From contig CAYZYP010000001.1 in assembly GCA_964482695.1 (NCBI GenBank), forward strand, positions 132,143-196,142: a stretch of 64,000 nt of DNA, written 5' to 3'. Position 1 is the stretch's first letter. Each line of letters opens with the position of its first letter. This DNA comes from an uncultured Gammaproteobacteria bacterium. GTDB lineage: Bacteria > Patescibacteriota > Patescibacteriia > Magasanikbacterales > GWA2-37-8. The notes under the pieces were generated by a model. It saw nothing but the letters and a program-made list of their open reading frames with translations. It searched no databases and was not told the origin of the DNA. Below, one piece after another: positions 37,720 to 46,373 of this stretch. Position numbers and translations under genes: made by a program.

Positions 37720-37893
37720 ATGGAAACCACCGAAAACACCCCCCAGACCACCAACCAGTCACCTCGCCCTGTATTGGACGCTCACCACGAGCGGGTGATA
37801 CTTCTCTTCGGAAAGAAGAAAGTGTCCCACCAGCTCAAGGTGGATCCGTACACAGGTGAGGTGCTGGAGGTTCCGGCCTTTCTTCTGCGCTGA
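37720..37893 (+). CDS. 57-aa micro-protein ending in LEVPAFLLR
   Basis: AAGGAG RBS 6 nt before ATG 37720; hairpin overlaps the stop. Confidence 0.6.
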   Translation: METTENTPQTTNQSPRPVLDAHHERVILLFGKKKVSHQLKVDPYTGEVLEVPAFLLR

Positions 37894-38059
37894 GCAGAGG
37901 AAGCCGGCCACGTGGTCTGGGCAACGGCGCGCAAAACATCGTGCGCCGTCCCATTAGAGAATATAATTAGATTGTTAGTTTATATTCTGTAATGGCGCCA
38001 GGAACTTTGTATGTTCGTGGCAAAAAATAATAAAAATTGCCGAGAAAGGAGAAAAAAAC

Positions 38060-38212
38060 TTGGCAAAAGAGAAATGCAAAGTCTGCCCGCATTGCGGGCA
38101 ACAGTTCAAAAAGAAGCATGGGAACAGGTGCCCAGTTTGCGGCCGATGTCGTTATGACAAAACCGGTTGCAAAAACGGAGTTTCGGCTTCAAGCTCAAAA
38201 AAGGAGAAGTAA
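38060..38212 (+). CDS. 50-aa CPxCG zinc-finger micro-protein (not in ORF track)
   Basis: AAGGAG RBS 8 nt before TTG; MAKEKCKVCPHCGQQFKKKHGNRCPVCGRCRYDKTGCKNGVSASSSKKEK. Confidence 0.65.
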   Translation: MAKEKCKVCPHCGQQFKKKHGNRCPVCGRCRYDKTGCKNGVSASSSKKEK

Positions 38213-38217
38213 AAAAT

Positions 38218-38246
38218 CCACCCCGACACCAAACGTGTCGGGGTGG
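38218..38246. terminator. Perfect 12-bp hairpin after zinc-finger ORF
   Basis: ccaccccgacac-caaac-gtgtcggggtgg; A-run on the left, no U tract on the plus strand. Confidence 0.55.
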
Positions 38247-38335
38247 TACGAACTTCCTTTATATGATATTTTGTAAAAACAAAGTAATTTTTTGGTTTTA
38301 AAAATGTTTAAAATATGGTATAATAATTTCGTTTT

Positions 38336-38374
38336 AGACTCCTCCTTAATCCCCCCCCCTCTGTAAGGGGAGAA
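38336..38374. repeat. C/G-rich palindromic repeat, intergenic copy
   Basis: agactcctccttaatccccccccctctgtaaggggagaa resembles 39082-39118. Confidence 0.55.
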
Positions 38375-38417
38375 GAGTGTATTCCTAATGCTGTACTCTT
38401 ATTAAGAGAAGAAAAAT

Positions 38418-39389
38418 ATGTATTTATTTATAGCCATACTCGGTTACATTTTTCTCGCTGTTGTCAACATTTTTGATAAATTTATCCTTACCAAAGCGAT
38501 CCCCAAGCCAATTGTGGTTGTTTTTTATTCCACGGCTTTGATATTTCCAATATTTTTATTAGTACCTTTTGGCGCCGGTTATCTGGGAAATTGGCTATCT
38601 TATGTAATTGCCGCTGTGGGGGGTGTATTTTTCGGCCTTGCTTTGTGGGCCATGTTTATTGGTTTTCAAAAAAGCGAAATAAGCCACGCCGGGCCGCTTG
38701 TTGGCGCCACAACGCCATTTTTTGTTTTATTTTTAAGCCAGCTATTTTTAAAAGAACAATTAACAAGTTATCAGATCGTTGGCATTATTATCTTAATAAT
38801 TGGCTCGTTGATTATCTCTGTTGAAAAAAGCAAAGATCATAATGGCTGGCATAGCGGCATGTTGTGGTTAATTCTCGCCGGTTTATTATATGCCGTTTCT
38901 CATGTTGCTTCTAAATATATTTATGACATTTATGGTTTTTATAGCGGCCTGGTTTGGACGCGTGGGTTTATGGGATTGTTTGGGATACTACTATTAGTTT
39001 GGCCAGAGGTGAGACGAGAAATATTTAAGATAAAAAATCCTCCCCTTACTAAGGGGAGGATAGGGAGGGGTCTGGCAGAAGAGACCTCCCCCTCCCCCCT
39101 CCTTGCTAAGGAGGGGACGACGAAAATCAGGCAATTCATCCTTGTTTTCTCTAGCCGTCTATTAGGCGTCATTGGTACGCTTTTAATTCAGTACGCTATT
39201 GCCATTGGCAGTGTAACAATTGTCAACGCGTTAGTTGGTGTTCAGTTTGCTTTTTTAATTATTATAGTAGCTTTGCTTTCAAAATTTTTGCCTAAACTAT
39301 TTAAAGAAGACTATAATAAAGGGGAAATGGCGTGGGAATTGGTGGCAGTAGTAGTTATCGCGGTTGGGCTGACAATGGTTATAACATAG
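38418..39389 (+). CDS. EamA/DMT-family transporter with in-frame palindromic insertion
   Basis: Two-repeat TM architecture, LFLKEQL motif; extra hydrophilic segment PPLTKGRIGRGLAEETSPSPLLAKEGT. Confidence 0.85.
   Translation: MYLFIAILGYIFLAVVNIFDKFILTKAIPKPIVVVFYSTALIFPIFLLVPFGAGYLGNWLSYVIAAVGGVFFGLALWAMFIGFQKSEISHAGPLVGATTPFFVLFLSQLFLKEQLTSYQIVGIIILIIGSLIISVEKSKDHNGWHSGMLWLILAGLLYAVSHVASKYIYDIYGFYSGLVWTRGFMGLFGILLLVWPEVRREIFKIKNPPLTKGRIGRGLAEETSPSPLLAKEGTTKIRQFILVFSSRLLGVIGTLLIQYAIAIGSVTIVNALVGVQFAFLIIIVALLSKFLPKLFKEDYNKGEMAWELVAVVVIAVGLTMVIT
39037..39118. repeat. Double C/G-rich palindromic element inside CDS
   Basis: atcctcccctt-act-aaggggaggat hairpin, gggaggggtct/agacctccccc arms, cccctcctt-gct-aaggagggg hairpin. 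Confidence 0.85.
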
Positions 39390-39415
39390 AAGCGTGTGAA
39401 AATATTTTTTATCAC

Positions 39416-39445
39416 GGCCAATAGCAGTATATACTGCTATTGGCC
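39416..39445. repeat. Perfect 30-bp palindrome
   Basis: ggccaatagcagtat|atactgctattggcc. Confidence 0.85.
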
Positions 39446-39469
39446 AAATGGCGTAAAAAATAATAATTT

Positions 39470-40462
39470 ATGTCTAAAAAAATAATTTTTTTATTTATTA
39501 TTATAGCATTAATAGTGCTTTCATTTTTTATTTTTATGTCATTTCATACCAAGCCGAATAAAGAGATGATTTTTGGCACTAGTTTTAGCCCAGCATACGC
39601 GCGCTACTTAGGTCTTGACGCTGGCCAAGTTTATAAAACAATTCTAGATGATTGGCAATTTAAGTATCTTCGCTTGTCGGCGCAATGGGATACGATTGAA
39701 AAGAAAAAAGGCGAATATGATTTCAGTGATTTAGATTGGTATATGAACGAAGCGGCCAAACGCAAAGCCAAAGTAACTTTGGTTGTTGGCCGTAAAACTC
39801 CCCGTTGGCCAGAATGCCATTTGCCGGATTGGGCAAAAAAAGTAACATACCAAGAATATCGGCCAGCATTGCTTAATTTTATGAAGGTGGCGGTGGAAAG
39901 ATACAAAAACCATTCAGCTTTAGAAATTTGGCAGGTAGAAAACGAACCTTTTTTACCGTTTGGTTTATGCAAAATAATTAGCCAAGAAGATTTAAAAGAA
40001 GAAATTGATTTAGTAAAAAAATTAGACAGTACGCGTCAACTTATTGTTACCGACAGTGGCGAACTTAGCACTTGGCGCAAAACAGCCAAGGCCACGGATT
40101 TATTTGGCACTACCATGTACCGCGTTGTTTGGAACAAATACATTGGTTATTTTAGCTATAATTGGTTGCCAGCATTTTTTTATCGCGCTAAGCTACTGAT
40201 ACTTGGCCGTAGCGTTGAAACAGCTTATATTGTAGAATTGCAAGCAGAGCCATGGATGCCTAATCGCGAATTAACCGCATTACCGTTGACAGAACAATTT
40301 AAATCAATGGATATAATCCATTTAAAAAATAATGTTATTTATGCCCAGCGTACAGGTATGCCGCGCGCTTATCTATGGGGCGCGGAATGGTGGTATTGGA
40401 TAAAAGAAAAGCAGAACAGAAGCGAATTTGTTGATTATATTAAAACATTGAAGAAAGATTGA
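39470..40462 (+). CDS. Membrane-anchored glycoside hydrolase, clan GH-A (beta-galactosidase/GH5-like)
   Basis: N-terminal TM; W..IE...G.YDFSDLD; WQVENEP acid/base motif; ELQAEPW nucleophile region. Confidence 0.7.
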   Translation: MSKKIIFLFIIIALIVLSFFIFMSFHTKPNKEMIFGTSFSPAYARYLGLDAGQVYKTILDDWQFKYLRLSAQWDTIEKKKGEYDFSDLDWYMNEAAKRKAKVTLVVGRKTPRWPECHLPDWAKKVTYQEYRPALLNFMKVAVERYKNHSALEIWQVENEPFLPFGLCKIISQEDLKEEIDLVKKLDSTRQLIVTDSGELSTWRKTAKATDLFGTTMYRVVWNKYIGYFSYNWLPAFFYRAKLLILGRSVETAYIVELQAEPWMPNRELTALPLTEQFKSMDIIHLKNNVIYAQRTGMPRAYLWGAEWWYWIKEKQNRSEFVDYIKTLKKD

Positions 40463-40525
40463 CGACACATATCAAGAAATTTAATAAAAAAGAGTTTGTT
40501 ATTAAAAAATAATTTATATAAAATT

Positions 40526-41134
40526 ATGAATATAGATTTTACTAATGTTTTTAAACATTACGCTCCTAGAACGCATGAAAAAATGCAGGAAGTATTAATG
40601 GATCCCCAAGGCAAAGGCCCAGCGATTCATTATTATATGGTTCGCGGCGGAGCAGATCAAAGAAATATCACTATTTGGGAACCAGGCTTGGTAAGTGGCG
40701 AATATATTAAAACATACGGGCATTACCATGTTGGTGAGTTAAACGAAACTTATTGGTTTATTTTTGGTCAAGGCATAGCTTTGATGCAAAAATTAGCAGT
40801 TGATAGGGCAGGAAAAATGATTGCCGGAGAGGTAGAAGAATTTAAAGCTATTCCTGTTATTCAAGGAGAGAAATTATTTATTCCTTCTAATTATGGTCAT
40901 TTAGTGGTAAACACAGGAAAAACTTATTTTGTAACCGCGGATGATAGCCCAGTTGATTTTAACGAAAAAGATGAAGCGAGTTTGCCAGGCCATGCTGACT
41001 ATGAACTAGTAAAGAAGATGCGAGGGTTTGCTTATTACGTTGTGGAATACAATGGGAAACCCGCTTTAAAGAGAAATTTTCGATATAAGAATATTAAGAA
41101 AGAAGAACTTAATAATTTACCCGTAATAGAGTAG
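40526..41134 (+). CDS. Cupin-type glucose-6-phosphate isomerase family protein
   Basis: PG....EYIKTYGHYH, E.Y, IPSNYGHLVVNTG, DY.....RGFAYY. Confidence 0.8.
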   Translation: MNIDFTNVFKHYAPRTHEKMQEVLMDPQGKGPAIHYYMVRGGADQRNITIWEPGLVSGEYIKTYGHYHVGELNETYWFIFGQGIALMQKLAVDRAGKMIAGEVEEFKAIPVIQGEKLFIPSNYGHLVVNTGKTYFVTADDSPVDFNEKDEASLPGHADYELVKKMRGFAYYVVEYNGKPALKRNFRYKNIKKEELNNLPVIE

Positions 41135-41167
41135 TAAATTGGAACATATTAAATAATCAATAAAGTT

Positions 41168-41605
41168 ATGAGTAAGCCAGCAGAATTTGACAAAAGTAAA
41201 TTTATTAACTCACCATTTGTATTAAAGATAATAAAACCATGGGGGCATGAGTTAATTTTTACTCAGGAAAGTTTGCCTTATACTGGAAAAATTTTGCATA
41301 TTAAAGCTGGCAAACGTTTAAGTTTACAAATTCATGACGCAAAACAGGAAAGCTGTTTTTTGATAAGTGGGCGTTGTGATTTAATAGTTGAGAATACAAA
41401 AGGGGTTTTGGAAACTGTAGAATTAAAATCAGAGAGTGGCTATACTATAAAAATAGGCCAAAAACATAGATACCAGGCTATAACAGATTGCGATATATTT
41501 GAAGTTTCTACTCCTGAAGTAGGAATAACGTATAGAATTGAAGATGATTATAATCGCCCGGACGAAACACCAGAACTTAGAGATTGTGCGCGCCAAGGGA
41601 TTTGA
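41168..41605 (+). CDS. Cupin-domain protein (type II mannose-6-phosphate isomerase C-domain-like)
   Basis: KPWGHE, RLSLQIH..KQES, HRY, EVSTPE, RIEDDY.R; 3' end overlaps tRNA-Val. Confidence 0.8.
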   Translation: MSKPAEFDKSKFINSPFVLKIIKPWGHELIFTQESLPYTGKILHIKAGKRLSLQIHDAKQESCFLISGRCDLIVENTKGVLETVELKSESGYTIKIGQKHRYQAITDCDIFEVSTPEVGITYRIEDDYNRPDETPELRDCARQGI

Positions 41606-41660
41606 ACCCCTGGCCTTCTCGGTGTAAACGAGACGCTCTAACCAGCTGAGCTAGGCGCGC
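41587..41660 (-). tRNA. tRNA-Val (anticodon TAC), CCA not encoded
   Basis: GCGCGCC acceptor stem, TAGCTCAGCTGGTTAGAGC D-arm, TCTCG-TTTACAC-CGAGA anticodon arm, GGTTCAAATCC T-arm. Confidence 0.97.
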
Positions 41661-41712
41661 GAGTGATTAATATAATAAAGAAAAAAGAAAAAAAAGTCAA
41701 TATTAGAATTGT

Positions 41713-42903
41713 ATGTTTTTTAAAAATGATCATTTAAAAGAACGTTTTCCTTTGGTTCAGTACCAAGGTATTTTTCGTCGGCAGATCAATGTTTTAGAGG
41801 GGGTAGCTTTAATAGTTAGCTCCACAATAGGCGCTGGTGTTTTGAGTTTGCCCTATGCTATAGCAAGAGTGGGCGTTGTAGTTGGTTTGGCTTATATAAT
41901 TGGTATAGGAATGTTAATGATGGGCTTAAATTTGTTGGTAGGCGAGATAGCTGTGCGAACACAGGGAAATATGCAATTTGTAGGTTTAGCTAGAAAATAT
42001 TTAGGCCCTTTTGGCCAATGGCTAATGACAGTTATTGTTTATGTCGTAGTTGTTGGCGTGATGGTTATATATATGATTGGCGAGGGCAGAGTATTGGCGC
42101 AATTTTTTGGTGGTTCGGAATTTATTTGGTCTATTGTTTTTTTCTGTTTTGGCAGTATTTTTATCTATTTGGGTTTAAAAACAGTAAAATTGCTGGATTT
42201 TATTTTAAGTTTGTTAGTTTTGGCTGTTATTTTACTTATTACCAGCTTTATTTTACCACATGCGCAGATTGTCAATTATCAATATAATAATTTAGCTAGT
42301 TTATTTCTTCCTTATGGCATTGTTTTATTTGCTTATAGTGGGATGTCTTCGGTATTAGAAGCTCATAGTTTATTAGCTAATCACAAACAAACATTTAAAA
42401 AAGTTATTATTATTTCTGGCATAATAGTAATGTTGGCTTACGGCTTGTTTACCTTTGCTGTTTTAGGAGCTACCGGGCAAAATACTACTGAAATTGCTAC
42501 CATTGGTTTGGGTAAAGAAATTGGGCCAATTATGACTGTTTTGGGTAATATTTTTTCTTTGTTAGTGTTAGCCACTGGTTTTTTAATGGTTGGTTTGTCT
42601 ACCAAAGATTCTTTGTGTTGGGATTATAAATTATCTTCTGGCACGGCTACGGCGCTGGTTTGTGGATTGCCCTTGTTGGTTTTTTTGTTAGGGTTGAGAC
42701 AGTTTGTAATGGTGATAGATATAATTGGTGGTGTGTTTTTAAGCTTAGAGATGATTATTATTTTGCTTATTTATTGGCGTGCTAAAGAAAAAGGTGATTT
42801 AAAGCCAGGTAGGTACAGATTGCATCATACGGTGATTTTGATGATGTTATTAGCGCTTGCCTTATCTATAGGGGCGGTGTATAGTATAGTAAAATTATTT
42901 TAA
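41713..42903 (+). CDS. Aromatic amino acid permease family transporter
   Basis: STIGAGVLSLPY, LPYGIVLFAY, about 11 TM helices. Confidence 0.85.
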   Translation: MFFKNDHLKERFPLVQYQGIFRRQINVLEGVALIVSSTIGAGVLSLPYAIARVGVVVGLAYIIGIGMLMMGLNLLVGEIAVRTQGNMQFVGLARKYLGPFGQWLMTVIVYVVVVGVMVIYMIGEGRVLAQFFGGSEFIWSIVFFCFGSIFIYLGLKTVKLLDFILSLLVLAVILLITSFILPHAQIVNYQYNNLASLFLPYGIVLFAYSGMSSVLEAHSLLANHKQTFKKVIIISGIIVMLAYGLFTFAVLGATGQNTTEIATIGLGKEIGPIMTVLGNIFSLLVLATGFLMVGLSTKDSLCWDYKLSSGTATALVCGLPLLVFLLGLRQFVMVIDIIGGVFLSLEMIIILLIYWRAKEKGDLKPGRYRLHHTVILMMLLALALSIGAVYSIVKLF

Positions 42904-43064
42904 GAAAATGGTGTTTGTTGTTGGCTGGTCGTATCGTTTGAAAATGGTCGATCAAGCGATTACTTGTCAAAAACTTCCTTCTATCTTCTTTAATGTTCTT
43001 TTAACCCTGAATTAATCCATTTTTAGAAAAATTAAGTAAAATTTTTAATAAATATATTATTAAT

Positions 43065-44207
43065 ATGGACAAATATCTTTTTACTTCGGAATCTGTTACC
43101 GAAGGGCATCCAGATAAAATTTGTGATCAAATTTCTGATTCAGTATTAGACGCGTTATTAGAACAAGATAAAAATTCACACGTGGCAGTGGAGTGTTTTA
43201 CTACCACTGGCTTGGTAATAGTCGGCGGTGAAGTAACTACCAACGGCTATGTTGACGTGCAGAAAATAGTTCGTCAGGTGTTAGATGATATTGGTTATAC
43301 AGATCCAGCGTATGGCATAGACGCTGAGCATGCTGGTGTGTTAGTTTCTATTCACGAACAATCATTGGATATCGCGCAAGGTGTGAGTAAGCTTTCTATT
43401 GAACAGCAAGGAGCTGGCGATCAAGGTTTGATGTTTGGCTATGCCTGCGACGAAACACCAGAACTTATGCCTTTGCCAATACTGTTAGCTCACAAATTGG
43501 CGCAAAGATTAGCGGAAGTACGCAAGAAAAAAATCTTGCCGTATCTGCGCCCTGATGGCAAATCACAGGTAGCGGTAGAATATGTTAATAATAAACCAAC
43601 GCGTTTACATAATGTAGTAATTGCCGCTCAACACGACGATAATACAACTTTGGAACAATTACGCGCTGATATTTTGGAACAAGTGATTAAACCGGTTTGT
43701 GGAAAATATCTAGATGAAAAAACAGAGTATCATATTAATATGACCGGTCGGTTTGTGGTTGGCGGCCCGCAGGGTGATACAGGTTTAACAGGCAGGAAAA
43801 TTATTGTTGATACTTATGGCGGTATGGGCCGGCATGGTGGTGGCTGTTTTTCTGGCAAAGATCCTTCTAAAGTAGACCGTTCTGGCGCTTATATGGCTCG
43901 TTATGTAGCCAAAAATATTGTCGCTGCAGGCCTAGCCGAAAAATGTGAATTGCAATTAGCTTATGTAATAGGCCGAGCCGAGCCAACCAGTATTAATATA
44001 AATACTTTTGGCACTGGCAAAGTTAGTGACGAAAAATTAGTAGAAATTATAAGCCAAGTTTTTGATTTTAGACCTGGCAAGATAATTGAACATTTGGATT
44101 TACTTAAACCTGTTTATCGCGCCACAGCCGCTTATGGCCATTTTGGCCGACCGGAATTTAGTTGGGAGAAGACGGATAAAGCAGAAGAGTTGAAAAAGTT
44201 GGTATAA
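43065..44207 (+). CDS. metK: S-adenosylmethionine synthetase
   Basis: [51 protein letters not shown]. Confidence 0.98.
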   Translation: MDKYLFTSESVTEGHPDKICDQISDSVLDALLEQDKNSHVAVECFTTTGLVIVGGEVTTNGYVDVQKIVRQVLDDIGYTDPAYGIDAEHAGVLVSIHEQSLDIAQGVSKLSIEQQGAGDQGLMFGYACDETPELMPLPILLAHKLAQRLAEVRKKKILPYLRPDGKSQVAVEYVNNKPTRLHNVVIAAQHDDNTTLEQLRADILEQVIKPVCGKYLDEKTEYHINMTGRFVVGGPQGDTGLTGRKIIVDTYGGMGRHGGGCFSGKDPSKVDRSGAYMARYVAKNIVAAGLAEKCELQLAYVIGRAEPTSININTFGTGKVSDEKLVEIISQVFDFRPGKIIEHLDLLKPVYRATAAYGHFGRPEFSWEKTDKAEELKKLV

Positions 44208-44224
44208 AAGTAGTTTAAAAAAAT

Positions 44225-45964
44225 TTACAAACTAATTAAATATCCTTTCTCGCTTCCCTTGTCATTTTTTTGCAGAATATTATTCACGCCGCTTTGTTTA
44301 AAATTAAATTTTTTACTAGTAAATTCATCGGTGGCAGAAAAGTAGAGTTCGTTTGTTAATTGTAGTTTTTGGCCAACTTGGCTAGCTGTTGGTGTTACAG
44401 CCACTTCAAAATAAATACCAGTATGGCTGTTGGCCGGTAAATTATAGTAATTCCAAGTAATAGAACGATCGTTAGAGTTGTATTTAATTGGTTGGCCAAT
44501 AGTTACACTATCTTTGCCTGTCAGTTCTATCCCATTTGGCAGACTGGTTTTAAAAAAAGCGTCTTTTAAAGGATTAGAGGTATTGTTGATTTGAGCAAAG
44601 ACCCAATATTTAGTAGTTTGGCCAACAACAGGCGGTAATGGCCCGCGCCCCAATTGATCACCAGAGCTGGTGTAATATCTGGCTTCGTTGTAAAAATTAA
44701 TTTGTGTAACCAAAGGCAGTCGATCTTTACTACCTTCTTGGCTAAATTTTTGGCTATTAACAGAGTTTAACGATGCTTCTATAACAGGGGTTAATTCTAG
44801 ATAAACTTTTTCATTCTGCCCCAAATTAAAATTATTATTAAGATATAAATTAATTTTGAATTGATCACCGCTGTTTGGTTTGCCGTCGCTTAATTTTGTG
44901 CGGCTAGAACTGTCTATTACCAAAGTATTTTGTTCTACCTTGGCATTGTTATTTAAAGCAGTTAAATACCAATTAACAGCTTGTGGGTAATTGGCTTTTA
45001 ATTTTAGTCGTAGGTTATTTACTTGAAAATTACTTTTATTCTGCCAGCTTAATTCAACAGGTATTATTTGCCCGCCATCGGCAAAAGAAGTACCTACTGG
45101 GAAACTAGCGCTAGAAATAATATTCGGCGAGATAATTGTTATTTCTTGTTCGCTTGGTTGTTGGGTTATAACTTGATTGTTAATCAAAATTCGCGGCGTG
45201 ACGAGAATTTTTAGCTTGCCGGATTGTTGAGTAGGAATAAATTCACCATTAATAGTTTTTGTTGCTTTAGGCTGCAAAGAAAACTTTTTTAAGTTATTAG
45301 GTATTATTTTGTTTGACAAGTTATCTGTAAGATTTATTTCTTTTATCTCGTTGGTAGAGTTGTTGGTTAAACTATAAACAAATTTTAAAGTTTGGTTAGG
45401 AAAGGTAGACGAAGAAATAGCAAGTTTGCCTTGTAAAACACTTTCGGAAAATTTGGCAAGAAGATGACTCAATTTTTGTTCTCGGAGATTTGTTTCTTCT
45501 GGTTGGTAAGTAAGATTGGCAGTAATTTTTTCTTCTTTGTTTGCTTCTGCCCAAAACCAACCATAAATTTCTTTTTGCCCTTTGGCCCCTGGTAAAATTT
45601 CTATTGGTTGCGTAAAAATAGATTCGGATGTAAAAATAGATTCAGGAGTGCGTGTTTTATCTATTATAAACCCGGCAGGCAAATGAGCAGAGAGAATAAC
45701 TTTTGCTAATTTAATTTTACTGTTATTGGTATAATTAATGGTTAATTTTATTTCTTCACCGCTTTTTATTCTATCGGTACCCAAAGAAATGTTTAGGTCT
45801 ATTAATTCTGTTATACCCGGCTTCCAGAAAAAGAAAAATAAACTAGCGCTAAACATAACAGTGGCTAAGCCTAAAAGCGCTAAATCAAAAACAAATAATT
45901 TTTTAGCATGGCGATAAACACCATGATAGCGAAGATGAAAATGACGATGAAGAAGGTTGTACAT
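44225..45964 (-). CDS. Membrane-anchored beta-rich hypothetical protein
   Basis: N-terminal TM helix; repeated Y.N/beta-sandwich-like segments; GPLPPVVGQTTKYWV motif. Confidence 0.65.
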   Translation of the reverse strand: MYNLLHRHFHLRYHGVYRHAKKLFVFDLALLGLATVMFSASLFFFFWKPGITELIDLNISLGTDRIKSGEEIKLTINYTNNSKIKLAKVILSAHLPAGFIIDKTRTPESIFTSESIFTQPIEILPGAKGQKEIYGWFWAEANKEEKITANLTYQPEETNLREQKLSHLLAKFSESVLQGKLAISSSTFPNQTLKFVYSLTNNSTNEIKEINLTDNLSNKIIPNNLKKFSLQPKATKTINGEFIPTQQSGKLKILVTPRILINNQVITQQPSEQEITIISPNIISSASFPVGTSFADGGQIIPVELSWQNKSNFQVNNLRLKLKANYPQAVNWYLTALNNNAKVEQNTLVIDSSSRTKLSDGKPNSGDQFKINLYLNNNFNLGQNEKVYLELTPVIEASLNSVNSQKFSQEGSKDRLPLVTQINFYNEARYYTSSGDQLGRGPLPPVVGQTTKYWVFAQINNTSNPLKDAFFKTSLPNGIELTGKDSVTIGQPIKYNSNDRSITWNYYNLPANSHTGIYFEVAVTPTASQVGQKLQLTNELYFSATDEFTSKKFNFKQSGVNNILQKNDKGSEKGYLISL

Positions 45965-46029
45965 AAAAGAAAACGCTTGCTAGTATTATAGCAAGCGGGG
46001 GAGAGAAGTGCAAATTAAAAACTCTATAT

Positions 46030-46371
46030 TTAGGTTTTTGAATTTTTAATAGTTTTTGGATGTGGGGAATAAAGCGGATTTTTTATTTTCCATTTTTCTA
46101 CAAATTGACCGATACCTTTTTTAGCTAATTTATTTTTTATAGTAGTTCTTTTTTGCGACCATTTAACCAAACTTTCAAAATTAATTTTATATCTATCAGC
46201 AACAATAATATATGTTATTTCTTGATTAGCCAGAGCGCGTCTAATAGTCTGCGAAGTAACACCAAACAGCCTAGCCGCTTCTGATACAGATACTCTAATC
46301 ATTTCTTTTGCTTCTGGCGTGTCTTTTTGATTTGAGTTAGTAGTTTGTTGGATAATTAGTGGTTGATCCAT
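46030..46371 (-). CDS. Excisionase/MerR-like helix-turn-helix DNA-binding protein
   Basis: SVSEAARLFGVTSQTIRRA HTH followed by wing RYKI; start ATG 46371. Confidence 0.8.
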   Translation of the reverse strand: MDQPLIIQQTTNSNQKDTPEAKEMIRVSVSEAARLFGVTSQTIRRALANQEITYIIVADRYKINFESLVKWSQKRTTIKNKLAKKGIGQFVEKWKIKNPLYSPHPKTIKNSKT

Positions 46372-46373
46372 AT

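Noticed and set aside
37647-37859. 70-aa alternative-frame ORF
   Set aside because: Starts inside a hairpin without an RBS; overlaps the SD-led ORF at 37720
38037-38276. 79-aa ORF from the track
   Set aside because: No RBS and runs through the downstream hairpin; the alternative frame 38060-38212 has an RBS and CPxCG motifs
39416-39445. LexA or NrdR box
   Set aside because: Core CAGTATATACTG matches neither CTGT-N8-ACAG nor the NrdR consensus
46030-46371. Prophage or integrative element marked by an excisionase-like gene
   Set aside because: No integrase, phage genes or att-like duplication in the window
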